This document shows, in pieces, positions 21,950 to 35,260 of a stretch of DNA of 64,000 nt. Below the pieces are notes generated by a model that saw only the letters and a list, made by a program, of their open reading frames with translations, was not told where the DNA came from and made no database searches. This DNA comes from Hydrolagus colliei (taxonomy: Eukaryota): NCBI GenBank assembly GCA_035084275.1, contig CM068742.1:154690001-154754000 (forward strand), given 5' to 3'. Every line of letters starts with the position of its first letter. Position 1 is the first letter of the stretch. The position numbers and the translations under genes were made by a program.

Positions 21950-24900
21950 ATGATGCTGGGAGCTGTGCTCTGTGCCCTGGTCCTGTCAGCCTCTGCCTTA
22001 CGTACGTACTTTCCAATCAGTAACTATAATTAATAATAATAATCAATAATAATAATCCATCCAAAAAAAAACCACAATAATAAAATTGGTGATTCACTCC
22101 ACGACTGTTGGTGGGACACTGCTGTGCATAATTGGCTGCCGGGATTTGCCCACAAATATATAGTCAATTCACTTTACAGTATATTCTGTGAAGCGCTTTG
22201 GGACGTAGATAAGATGTGAAAAGCGCTGTATCAAATGCAAGGATTCTTCTTCTTATTATTATAATAATAAATGCTCACACGCGATTGTCACCTCAATGTT
22301 CGGCTCCGGCAACTCCCTCCTTGTCGGCCTCCCCAACTCTTCCCTCCACAAGCTGCAGATAATCCCAAACTTTGCACCTCGTGTCCTCTCCCACACCAGG
22401 CTCTGCGACCCTGTCACCCCCACCCTCGCCCGTATCCAGTGAGGAGATCTCAGAGGATTGAATTCCAGATTCACATACTCATGTACAAGACTCCCCACCC
22501 TCCTACCTCGCTGACCTGCTGATCCCCTCTCCACCTATCTGCTCTCTCCATTCAGCAAGCTCCGGCCTTCTCCATGTATCCCGCCTGACCCGCTCTTCCA
22601 ACTTTGGTGGGCTTGCAGACCCTCTGCTCCTATGCTTTTTGGAACTCAATTGAATAATCCCTTCACCTTGCTCCCTAACTTGCCTTGTTTATGGCTGGCC
22701 TCAAGCCCTTCCTTTTTGATTGTCCCTTCAGCTGCTATCCTGTCTCATGCCAACCCTGGCCACCCAACCCACCTCCCCCATACTTGAGTCCTGACCCATG
22801 ACTGTTCAGTGCCTTGGGACGTCCTCCCAACATGAAAGGTGCTCTACACATGTGGTTGTTGTGGTTGTTTATCTTTTAGTGGCATGATTACATGTGTAAT
22901 GATTACAAGTGTGTGTTTGTTAACTCTGCCTCCGTTTGATTTCCCCAATCTCTCTCTGTCTTGTCTGTGTTACTTTTCGCTTGCCACTGGAGCTCTTTAC
23001 TCTAAACTGATTCCCAAGTGTCAGTACTAGTTAAACCGTATCAGTTACCCCCAAACCACATTCTGGGGTCCTCTTGCATCAGACACCTGGGTGACAACAA
23101 ATGATGGTATTTTTATATTACACCCAGACCACAACAGCGTTTTTCTTTCCACAAGCCACCCATAGTAACCCCTCTGACCTGTCACTCTTCTTCCCCCTCA
23201 CTCTTAATATGCCTGCTCTTCAAACATTTATCCAATTCTCTTTGATAGACTTGACGGATGATGCATGAAATCCAGTTTGTGGCAGATAATTCCACAATTC
23301 CACCCATTCTGTGTAATGATAGGAAACCAAAGTGTTTCCTTGTTAACTCTGCTTCTACGTTACCTGTTTAAGATCCTCATAATTCCTTTTTTGAGATGGT
23401 GTTAGATGTGTTCTTCTTGAGACTGTCTCTCTGGTCTATTTCCAGATCTGCTAAAATTTGTTGCTATTTCCCCTGTTGTGATCTGTTGTGATATCTGGTC
23501 GCCCCAAACCTTCTCCGTTCTTCAGCCACCAATCTCTCAAATCTCTCTTCAGATCTGAAACCCCTCATCTCTGGGAATGTGCCAATCAACTAGCAATTTG
23601 TTTTCCATTGCTGTTATTTCGTTCTTAGAGAGAATCCCAAACTGTTTCAAAATTCCAAACCAAGCTCTTGTCCAAGCTCAGTGTTGCCTGTTTGCTTTTA
23701 TATTGTGTTCTGGTTCACATTACACCATGTGTGTCCTCACAGGGATCAGTAAGAATGGCTGGACAATGGAGATCCCTGATACAGTGACTGGCAGGTTAGG
23801 GTCATCAGTCATCATGTACTGCAAGTTCACTCACCCTCACCCCAGATACACAGGCAACATCACCATCATGTCGAAGGGAGGCTGGTCTGGTCCTGTGTAT
23901 TTTAATTATACAAACTATAGGCCAGATTCACAGGGAAAGTATCAAAATGTCATTGATGTAAACGAGAGAGATCGATATCGAGTGATTGGGAACCCGAGGA
24001 GGAATGACGCTACAATACAGATAAACCAGCTGAGGGCAGAGGACAATAATAAAAAATTCTCCTGTCGTGTGGAGCTCCAGGGTGAGAATGGAAGGGGTGA
24101 AACTGGCCCGAGAACACGTCTGTATGTTACAGGTGAGGAAAGATGAAGTGGGAATGAGACGTGATGATCCTCACTGGTGCTGGAGACATATTGTGAGGGT
24201 ATAGATGTGTGGAACTCTCACTGGTTTAGATATTCTTAACAATGGTGACAGATTTCTCCATGTATAAGGCAAATGTCTGCCCAAATACAAGAGATTTTCT
24301 CCTTGGGTCATCACCAAACATCCTCCATGTTTATCAGTCAATCATTTCATAACCATTGAGATCTTTGATCTGAGTAAACTGACTGCAAAAGTGTAAACTA
24401 TATTTATAGTAACAAATAAAAATAATTATTGTAGTTCATATTACATCTGATTACATTTTCTTGATATACAGATCAATAGAATACTCTATGAAGTGAATTG
24501 ACAGTATATTTTGTTGGCAAAATATGGTAGACAATTGCACACAGCAGTTTCCCATAGATGCTCGTGGATTGAGTAACCAAAGCTTTGTTTAAGGGATTAT
24601 TACCAAGCAAAGAAATACGCCAATCGAGGAAAACAATGGTTTCCTATGTACCCTTAGGTAAACAGACATGTGTGGACAAAGGAAAATTACCCAAAGTTTT
24701 TCCCTACCCATGAATCAAGCTCAAGTCCTCTATATTATGAGGCAAGTGTTCTAAGCTACAAGACTTATCAGTAAGAAGGTTATTGGTGCTATTAAAAGCC
24801 AAAGTTTAATTAGTGAGACATTGCTGCCCACAATCTCAGAGAGGGTGAGTGAGGAGCACAGGCCTGAGGGAGATAGTGCCATGAAAAGCAGGAATATACA

Positions 24901-27900
24901 GGATGTGTAACATGTACTGTGTCTCACTGACTGCTCTGCACTATTCCAATCCTGTTCCTGTCTCAGGTCATGAAGAGAAGCTCCCGTCAGTGACTGGTAC
25001 CAAGGGAGGTGATGCCACACTGCCCTGCTCCTTCACCAGGCCCAACACACACCTGAATCCTGCCACAGTCACAGTGATTTGGAGGAGAGGGAGGCCACAA
25101 GGGCAGCCAGTTTCTAATGATACTCTTGACCTCACCTCCCGCTCCAACCCCAGGGAGTCAGAGACAGTGAATGAAGGAAATCGCTATAACCTGATTGGGA
25201 ATGTGAGGGATGGAGACGCTTCCCTGAGGATCAAGGACCTGGAGTTAAACAACAACGACCAATATTTCTGTCATGTACACGTCATGTTTATCAATAACGA
25301 AAAACAACTGGACCATGTGACACAGGACACATCACGGCTGCTGGTTGTTGGTAAGAAATCTCTTGTCTCTGTGGGACATGGAAAGGGGTAAATGTCAATG
25401 TTCACGGGCGCATCATTACAGACTAGGTTTGTCTCATTCCTTACCCTGTGCCTCACGTGTTAATTAGCACAAGAAACATGTTATGAAACAGCGGAACCTT
25501 TTCCCTGGGGGGAGGGATTCTTCTCACTTGCCTCCCGTTAACGCTGCAGCCAAAGTTAGGGTGATCCTAGCTGGACAAGCAGCCGGTATCTTGCCAATGA
25601 CATGTGACGTAGTTGTCACAAGATCACAGGATTGGTCTGAATGAAGAAACCCCATCTAATCTTATCCTTACTGAACCCCCCAATCACCCCCTAATCCCTA
25701 CCAACCCCTCGCCCCCCAATACATTGGTATCAAGCGGAGTCTAAAAGTCTGTAATTGCTCTGCCTGAAGGGAAATTGGATAGATACGTAAACAGGAAACA
25801 TTTTCAGGGCTCTGGGGTAAGAGTGGGATAGAATGACTAGTTGAGAGATCCTGTAGCTTGGAGCACTTGCCGTACAAGCCCGAGGACCTGGGTTAGATTT
25901 TTGCGCTGGGGAAACCATTGTGGGCAAACTTCCTTACTCCAAACACGTGTTTACCCAGGAATGAGTGTGAATCCAGCTGTTAGTTCATTGGCAGGTAATT
26001 TTCTGGGGTAATAATAGCTTAAAGAAAAAAGAAAAAAGCAGGCAATGAGATTTGAGCATAAAACCAACAACAGCAAAATTACATTTGTATAGTGTCTTTT
26101 ATGTTGGGGGGCCATCTGAAGAACACCAGTGAGTAAGCGAGTACCAGCGGATATGACAGGAAAATTTATTTAATCAGAATAACTCTGTGTTTCTTTATAC
26201 CCAAAGCTCCGGCCGTCATCCTGACTATGTCCATCGTGGCTGGTGATGGAGCCGGAGGTGGCATCGTGTGCACGGCTGAGGGGGAACCACCAGCCACCAT
26301 CACATGGATCGACCCCCAGAATAACACGCTGCCCGTCAACACCCACACGTCAATCACACATATACCAGACATGTATCTAACCTTGGGGGAAATCTGGGAC
26401 CTGAGGCTGTGGGGAACTTACCGCTGTGTAGCTGAGAACACACAGGGCAGTGACACCCGAGACATCCTCGTCACTGCCCTAAAGAGTCATGGGGACAGGG
26501 AGAGTGACAGGGACAAGGAGAGTGACGGGGACAAGGAGAGTGATGGGCACAGTAATTTATATGTCAAGGTCCCCATTGTGGTGCTGGTTGTTCTGCTGAT
26601 TGCTTTCATTGTCCATTGGGTAAAGAGAGGTAGGTGTTTACAGATGTAATGATTATGTGGATTTGTGGATTCCTGTAGCTCAGTGGTCACTGAGTATTCG
26701 ACTTACAAACATGAGACCTGCGTTCAATTCCAGGCAGGGTGAAACATTTGCCAAGTTTCCTTATTCCACACGCCTGATAATAATCACTCAAATAATCAAT
26801 AATAAATTGGTCATTTCAATCCATGTCTGTTTGTGGGCATTTTGCTATGTGCAAATGGCTGCCTCATTTAGCCCACAAATATACAGTGCAGACAATTCAC
26901 TTTACAGTATATTATGTGAAGCACTTTGAGACTTCTAGAAGATGTGAAAAGCGCTATCTCAAATGCAAGGATTATTATTATTCCAAATGAGTCTAGCACA
27001 GCCAATCGCTCCCTCATCTCTGACTCAGCAAAAATTCTGCCATATACACACACTTGGAAACCACATCATCATCATCATCATCCTAATAATAAACCTTGCA
27101 TTTGATACAGCGCTGTTCACATCTTATCGACGTCTCAAAGCGCTTCACTGAATATACTGTAAAGTGAATTGACTGTATATTTGTGAGCAAATCGCAGCAG
27201 CCAATTGCGCACAGCAGTGTCCCCACAAACAGTCATGGATTGAAATGACCCATTTTATTACCGTGGTTTTTTCGGACGGATTAGCATTAGGTGTGGAGTA
27301 AGGAAACTTGCTGAAGATTTCGCCCTGACCTGCCTGGATTCGAACACAGGTCTCTCCAGCTTGGTCTTCCCAGCTTGCAAGACATGTGCTCTAACCACTC
27401 AGCCACAGGAGCTCCACCTGGTTAAAAATAAGCAGAAGGAGATGAAGAAAAATTATTGCATTGGTATTGCCAGTCGGTGGTATATCTGGCTTCCTGTATA
27501 GTTACATAATACAATAGGAAGAGAACAGTTTGCCACAACTGCTTTCACTGGAATAACGTACACACTTACCAAACCAGCAAAACATCTACAGCAACATCAA
27601 GTGAAATAATGATTATTATTATGATTCTTATCTCTCCCCTTGCTTTCGTCTCTTCAGGTGTCAGAGTTTTCCGCCAGCGTTCAGAGAGGTGAGTGTGTCT
27701 TTCTAATGCCTTTACCTTTCCATTGACATTCAAGTTGCAAATGGCTATTGAGCACCATGTCTGGCAAGCTTCCTGCTTCTCTCTCCAGCTACGACCACCC
27801 TACCCATTGGGGCTTTGGCTTGCAGGGTTAATAGGATGAGTATGAGGATTCCCTGACACCAGTGGCTGGTCTTCCCTTCCAATTCTTGCCAATGAGTAGA

Positions 27901-28438
27901 CTGGCTTTGCTGTCACCAGCAGTGCCCTAGAATATTAGATACTCACCTGGCTCAGGAACAAGACTGAAGACCCACAGATTGTTGGCTTGAATCTGACATT
28001 CTGTTTCCAAACATGTCACCTTGGAGCCAGAGAAGCCAAGGAAACACCGTGTAGCTTAATCTAGACAAACAATCCTGTGGCCAAGCTGAGGCTTGGACTC
28101 TTCAGACAAGAGGCTTTTGCCCTATGTTCTATGCCAACAATCACCTCAGTAAACCCATGATAGTTTGTGGGGAAGTTGTTGTATGAGCATTGGCTGATGT
28201 CATTCTCATAAAATACAAAGTCATTACACTTTACAGTAAATCCTGTGAAGTGCTATAAGATGTCCTCCTGATGTGAAAGACATGGTATCAAATGTGAGGA
28301 TTATTAACGATGAGGTTTATCTTCCATCCTCTATAAAATGTAAAATATAAAATATAAAATGTTTTCTCTTTATTTTTTAGTCGTCAAATGGATTTGGTTG
28401 TTGACAACGATTTGGTTCAACCTCAGCTGCCTACATGA
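21950..28438 (+). CDS. SIGLEC15-like: Gene B: Siglec-15-like receptor, V1-V2-C2-TM(Lys)-short Tyr-free tail, about 445 aa, putative activating type
   Basis: Exons 21950-22001, 23743-24132, 24967-25350, 26207-26629, 27658-27688 and 28381-28438(TGA), 1338 nt open. The V1 C-strand Trp is replaced by Ser. Confidence 0.78.
23743..24132 (+). CDS. Gene B V1 exon
   Basis: 390 nt open, KFSCRVE. TCG (Ser) at 23871 replaces the conserved TGG. Confidence 0.9.
24967..25350 (+). CDS. Gene B V2 exon
   Basis: 384 nt open, YFCHVH. Confidence 0.9.
26207..26629 (+). CDS. Gene B C2/stalk/TM exon
   Basis: 423 nt open, [25 protein letters not shown]. Confidence 0.9.
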
Positions 28439-29724
28439 GACGGTAACTGTTTTCCCTCGATTACCGATGGCACAATTTTCACCCCGTGCTTTCACTAACC
28501 CAGGGCTGTGTCTCAGCTTTGCTCAGTCAGTGACACTCTCACCTCTGGCTCTGGGTGTCTGACCTTCAAATCCCTCCACTCCTCTGCACCCCCCTACCTG
28601 TCTAAACTCCTCTCTCCTCGAACCAGTTCCCGTTGCCTTCGCTCCACTGGGTCTGGCCTCCTTCATGTCCCGTGAATCCTCCGCTCCACCGTCGGCAGCC
28701 GTGCCTTCAGCCACTATGCCCCAAGGCTCTGGAATTCCCTTCCTCACTCCCTTCGCCTCGCCCCCTCTTTTCTCAGTTTCAGGTCCCAGCTGAAGACCTT
28801 TCTCTTCGACCGTGCCTTTGGTCACCTTTCTCCTGCCCCTGGCTCGGTTCCGGGGTCCACTATTGTGAATTGCTCTGAGACGCCGTCCGTCGCGGAGGGC
28901 CCAATATAAATCAAAGCTGTTGTTGTTGTTGTACTATATATACTGTACGATTTTGTTTTTTGTTGTTGGGAGGGCGTCCTTGAAGTGCAGTGTTAGAAAA
29001 GAGAAAGGAGTTTCTCTGGGTGTCCAGATTAAATTGTTTATCTACTTCATGGCTCTTTGTGGGTCCATATTGATTATCGCATTCGACAACAATAACAAAA
29101 ACAACAACAAAATTACATATGTGTGGCGCCTTTCACGTCAGGAGGACATCCCATGGTGCTGGACAGTTACTGCTTCAGACCTGAGCAGAGCACAGGTCTG
29201 GGCGGGGGGGGAAGGAGTTGTCGGTGAGTCTATCGAAGAGGAGATTCTTGAATCGAGACTTGAAAGAGTACAGTCGGGGGGCGAGGCCGAGGATCTTCGG
29301 GATGGTGTTCCAGAGGTTGGGGTCAGAGTGATTGAAGGCTCAACAAATCCAGTCGCAACATTACAAAGTGAATCCTGTCAAATGCTATCAGATGTACTAC
29401 GATATGTTTTGTCAATGTCATAGCACCACTTTGCTGTGTCCCTCAAATGTGAAATACATAATAAATTATTGCTGCTGTTGTTATTAAATCTAAATGGAAT
29501 AATATCCAGGCCCCAGGGCCTGGCATGTGGTTCCAATTCCCAGTTCATTCTGTGAATCCTTTGTCCGAGCTTTGGGGACTGCGCTTCAGACATTAAACCC
29601 ATATCTCTGGACATCCACATACACAGTACATACACACTCCATTTGATAACTAGTGTCATATTTCCTTTGTGAAGCCGATTTCCAATTGTTAATTATTTAC
29701 CAACATTGTCTGTCTCTCCTTCAG

Positions 29725-30422
29725 AATTGTACGGAGATTCTACCATCAGAACCGTCGATGACAGTGAGTGTTGTCTACCTTTTCTGGTTTATTGTTTATC
29801 CTGTCTCTTCTCCGCTCGCACTCTGGCTCTGGGTCAGGAGGAGGGGTATTGAAGCCTCTACGTTGGGGAATTTGAGGTCACACAGTCCAGGCTGATGCTC
29901 CAGTGCAGCAATGGGGAGAGCGCTGCATTGTCAGAAGTGCTGTCCTTTGAATGCGATATTAAACTGAGATCAAGTCCGTGTCTGATGAAGTTGTTTTGGT
30001 CTGCCACGTGCAGAAACACATCTGTTTGTCAAGAGGATCAAAACTTGACTGAGAGTTCCTGTCACCTGTACATCTGGAATGCAATGTGCTGTTGAGAAGG
30101 GAATTTATCTCTCCTTGTGTCCTGGCCATCATTGTTTCAAATAAAATTGGTTGCTCACTTCATGGCTATTTGTTGGACATTTCAAACACAAATTGGGCAC
30201 CAGGTTTGCTGGTAAAATACACATTCACTACAATGGACTGTTTTTCTTTGAGATATATGGACTTTATATTAATATGAGGTTTCGAGTGACTTTAAGTTGG
30301 TCACACAGTGTATCACAGCTCTCAGCAAGTGGAGGTACATGTCCTGACTCCATTTTGTTTCTCTTCTAGATGTGATTTATGCTGTCGTCGCCAAATCAAA
30401 GAGGAGCTCAGCTGAGCAGTGA
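29725..30422 (+). pseudogene. Gene B tail exons 5 (29725-29763) and 6 (30370-30422), downstream of the stop
   Basis: Splice sites intact. YGN->YGD. VIYAVV retained but untranslated. Confidence 0.7.
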
Positions 30423-31427
30423 ACTCTGGCCCCTCCCAGAGTCTGCTGTCCACAGTTTATATCGGGATGTCCTGCAGTGACTTATATTGGGCCTGGATCA
30501 GCAGCCAATACAATAACATTGTACAATCAGTCCCTGGGAGAGCACGGCTCATTACAGTCCCAGTGTGTTTGTAGTGTGGCTGTGGCTTGTGGCCTTGCTG
30601 TGTGTAAACACATGTTATTGCTGCCTGTGACCTGCTATTTACAATTGTGTTTATCTCCACTTCAGGGAAATCAAACATGAGGGGGTCAGGCCTAAAAGGA
30701 AGAAAGAGTCTATTCTCTGTCAGGGAGAAACACTGCCACTTGGTGGACATTCCGGGGTTGATTATTACATTTTTTCACAGATACTTTAGATCTGCCGTTC
30801 AATAATAGTAAACCTTTCTATTGATATAGACGTCGTTAACACAGCATGCAATTGCTTGCATCATTGTCCCCAAAACAGTCATAGATTGAGTGACTAAATT
30901 ATTATTAATCATCAGTTATTATAAGGGATTATTACCCCCAGAAAAGCAATCCATCAATTGACCAACAATTCAATGCTGGGTCAACTGAGGCATGTGGAGT
31001 AAGGAAACATGCCGACGTATGAGTGTGCTGCCTTTACACTCTGGGCCACTGGGGGCACTGCAGGATCGTCATCAGTTCACAAACCAGTGGACAATCTGTC
31101 TCAATGTTTTCTAACTGAATGACTTCCTTGATTATTAAACTTCTTTGTCTCTCTGACCAGTGGATATGTTCCTTATTCCGCAAGTTGACCCCGAATGTAG
31201 ATTCGTGGCTGGGCTGGGTTTCATTGCTGAAAGCGGCTGCCAAGACTGGAACAAGAGAACATGTCTGGGTGTGTTGCATCTGATGGGAATATAAAGGGGA
31301 GAACTGCGAGAGCCTCAATGGAGCCTAGAGCTGGCAGATTGAGTGCGACCTGACTGAGGCGAGACCAGAGTGAGAAGGAATTGGATGAGAGTGAGAATTA
31401 GGTGCAAAGTTATAAAATATAAAACAA

Positions 31428-31495
31428 GCCGGCACAGACTAGATGGGCCGAATGGCCTCCTTTTGTGCCGTAAAATTCTATGATTCTATGATTCT
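31428..31495 (+). mobile_element. 68-bp CR1 3' tail insertion
   Basis: Identical to the CR1 3' end at ~5417-5483. Absent at the paralogous site near 13065. Confidence 0.9.
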
Positions 31496-33538
31496 AAGCC
31501 CCCACTTCCCCAGATCAACCTTCCTCTCCCTCCGACCACCACGCCTCCTGTCCCTGCTTGACTGGCCCACAGCTTTCCTCTGCTCCTCTCTTCACATTCT
31601 CTGTCACACACAACATGGCAGACGCCGCTATCTGTCCAACAGCACCCACACTGACTGCCCCATCCCCCACTCTCATCTCAAGGTCCATCAGTCCCCTTCA
31701 CTGGGGGCAAACTTCTCCTTGCTCATCCATAATCCCCACACTCCCTTTCAATCCTCCTCCTCATCTCTCACAATCCATCATCACCAATTGTCCCCTACAG
31801 ATCAGTCTGCAAAAGTCCAGTCCCTCTCCAACAAGAAGCTCACCATTCACGACTGCACCATCAATGCAGGGTGGGAGCGAGAGAGATGGGAGAGTGGCGG
31901 AACGCGCAATTTAGAGAGGATTCTTGAGACTGGCGTTGAAGGAAGCAAGGGAGACAGCGAGGTGAAGAGACTGTGGGATGGAGTACCAGAGTGTGGCAGC
32001 AGAGCGGCTGAAATCCTGGCCACCAAAGTTAGGACGGGTCGGGCAGGAGACATGAACGAGACCAGAGCCCGTTGAATTTAGCGAGTGGGCTCCCTCCTTG
32101 CCTCTTCAAGTACTCTCCTTTAGCCGTTCAATTATCCAATAAGCCCTTATACGCCTCCTGATCCCAAGCCTGAACTCGGAGTCAAATCCCTCACTGTCCA
32201 ATGCTTTAGGACATCCGACCGACATGAAAAGCACTATACAGATTGTAATTGGTTGTTGATGTAATAATAATTCTTGCATTTGATTTAGCACCTATCATGT
32301 GATATGGCCCAAAGCGTTTCACGAATATTCACTGGAAAGAGATTTGACTTTACGGTGTATTCTGTGAAGCGCTTTGACACATGTGGAATATGTTAAAAGC
32401 ACTAGAACAAATGCAAGGATTATTCTTATTACATTGGTGGATGAAACGCAGCTACCGTAGTGACTTCGAAACAGTTGGGGATTGAGTGACCGTATCCCTA
32501 TTGTTTTTTTGTTTTTTTAGGGATTATCATCATTCCATATAGACATGTCAGGCTAATATCAACTAGATTTTCTTGTGTTTGTATAGAGGTGCTTAATATT
32601 AGTCATATCAATCTACAGTATATAGATATCAGATGATATAGCAGTTTCACTGTTAATATCAGAAGTTATACTGGTTTTATTCATACAGACAGGGGAGAGA
32701 ATTCCAATGAAAGTTGACAGAAGTAATCTGGGAACTATCCCTCCGTTAGCCTGACCTCAATAATTTTACTTCTTAAATTTTTTTACCATAAGAAAAGAAG
32801 TGGCCGATTATTGCTTTCTTTAGATTCAATATAATTGACAGCTGGCACATGTTCGGAAAAGGTATATATAGTTTGACCAAACTCATAGACAGTAGAAGCC
32901 CATTTATCCGTGACTCGCTGAACCTGCAGTTCTGTATAACCGGCACTTCCCAAAAAAGTCCACATTCGATCAACCGGAACTTATCCGGAACAATAGCGGT
33001 GGAGCATTTGTGAGTCATTGTCACGCAGGCACAGTAGTTTGTTTTGCCGCTAGTAGAGGCTAGGTTTATCGGCTTGCTGCAAGTAAGGCTTTTCACCCGC
33101 ATGGCGTCCTCCATTGCAAAAAGAATCGCTGGACTGTAAACCTCAACCACAACATCATGGCTTCAAGCGCAGCATATACCAGTAAAGGTAAACTATGGTA
33201 CAGTTTACAACATTTACAATAAAGTACCAATACAATACCTGGTATTATTTAGTCTGGTGTGTATGGTGTGTGTTAAAATAAATTAAATTTTATTGTGGTG
33301 GGTTTTTGGCAGCTGGCCGACCGAATATCCGGCATTGGCCAGGTCCAGCTGGTGCTGGATGAACGGGCTATTGGTGTAATTTGTTTGAGGACGTGACACC
33401 TCAGATTAATTTGGGAAAGCTATGTGTTGCAGCAGAGCTAGATCCAGAAGACTTTCTACAAAACACCACAAGAAACCCAACTTCACAAACGGTAGTCACT
33501 GGTTATCAAGAGAAAGACTAGGAACTAGGAACTGGATT

Positions 33539-34880
33539 CAACAACGACCACCACAACAACAAAATTTCACTTATATAGCGCCTTTCACGTTGGGAGGACG
33601 TCGCAAACCATTGAACAGTCTGGTCGGAACCCAAGTGGGGTGGGGTAGGGTGGGGGTTGGGGTAGGGGGAAGGGGAAGGAGAGTGGAGAGGGGGAAGATT
33701 TTGTGGGGCAGCCGAAGGCGCGGTCGAAGAGGAAGGTCTTGAGACAAGCCTTGAAGGAGGAAAGGGAGGAGGCGAGGGGGAGGGGCTGCGAGATGGAGTT
33801 CCACAGTGTGGGAGCAGAGAGGCTGAAAGCCTGGCCACCGATGGTTGGGCAGTGGACATGGAGCAGGCCTGAGTCTGCTGAATGGAGGGGACAGTGGAGG
33901 GGATAGCAGGTCAGAGAGATAGGCGGGGGCAGGCCGTGAATAGCTTTGAAAGTGAGAATGAGGATCTTGAATTCTATCCTCTGGGGGACGGGGAGCCAGT
34001 GTAGACGGGCGAGGGTGGGAGTCATGGTCGTGAAGCCTGGTACGGGAGAGAACACGAGCTGCAGAATTCTGAATGATCTGCAGCCTGTGAAGGGAGGAGC
34101 TGGGGAGGCCGACGATGAGAGAGTTCCTGTAGTCAAGCGTGGAAGTGATAAAGGCGTGGACGAGGGTTTTGGTGGTGTGGGGGGTGAGGTGGGGGTGATG
34201 TAGTGGTGGAGTCTGGCAATATTGCGGAGGTGATGGAAGGCTGTGCTGGTCATGGAGCAGATGTGGGGGAGGAAGAATATTTGGGGTCGAACACGACGCC
34301 CAGATTCCTGATTGGCTTCGAGAGGTGGAGAGAGCAGCCTTGAACACTGATATTGTCAGCACCAGAGGTGTGGAGGCGCTGACGTGAGCCAATGAGGAGG
34401 ACTTCTGTCTTGTTGACGTTGAGTTGTAGGAAATTTGCCCTCGTCTAGGACGCAATGTCGGACAGACATGCAGACAGAATACCAGTGGTCGTGGAATCGA
34501 GGGTTGATGCGGATGACGTTTGTGACCTTGACCAGGGCAGTTTTTGTTCTGTGGGAGGCACGGAAACCCGATTGGAGGGGTTCGAGGAGTGAGTGTTGGG
34601 TGAGGAAAGAGCGGAGCTTGGAGGCAACCACTCTTACAAGGACCTTGGTAAGGAAAGGGAGTTTGGGGATGGGCCTGTAGTTAGATTGCTGTGACGCATT
34701 GAGGCAAGGCTTTTTTACGATGGGGGTGATGGTGGCAGTTTTGAAGGCAGTGGAAACAGTCCCGGATGAGAGGGACAGGTTGATAGTGTCAGTGCTTAGA
34801 GAGGCTAGAAGGTGGAGCTGGATGGTAAGGAGAGGGGTGGGGATGGGATCAAGGGAGCAGGTGGTCAGCTTCATTGAGGG
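33539..34880 (-). mobile_element. Internally deleted L2-clade LINE (paralog of 14587-15950)
   Basis: CSLDPIPT..NYRPI..LEPLQSGFRASHRTKTALVKVTN and HAFITSTLDYRNSL remnants. Confidence 0.85.
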
Positions 34881-35260
34881 ATTGGCTGAAGGGAAGCCAA
34901 TATATACTATATGCTGTAGTGCAGTGACCACTTGCCTCACAACCACAACAAACTGACATTTGTATGGTGCCTTTCATGTCATAAGCAAGAGAGCTGGGTT
35001 CAATTCCCAGCAGGGTGAAATTTTGGCCAAGTTTCCTGACTCCACAAGCCTCTATTTAACAAGCCAGTAAGTGGGAACCTGGTTGTTAGTCGATTGGCGA
35101 ATGGCTTTTCTGGGAATAATAATTGGTTTTAAAAAATTAAAAATCAATTGACCAATTCAATCAATGATTGTTTGTGGAATACTTCTGTGCTGAATTGTGG
35201 ACTGATCTTTGAGACGACAAATGCACATGATTATTAATGATGACCTGGAGTTGTAGACCT

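Noticed and set aside
31443-32075. 210-aa ORF
   Set aside because: A patchwork of CR1 tail, unique sequence and antisense L2 fragment. The paralogous region near 13000-13350 does not keep the frame.
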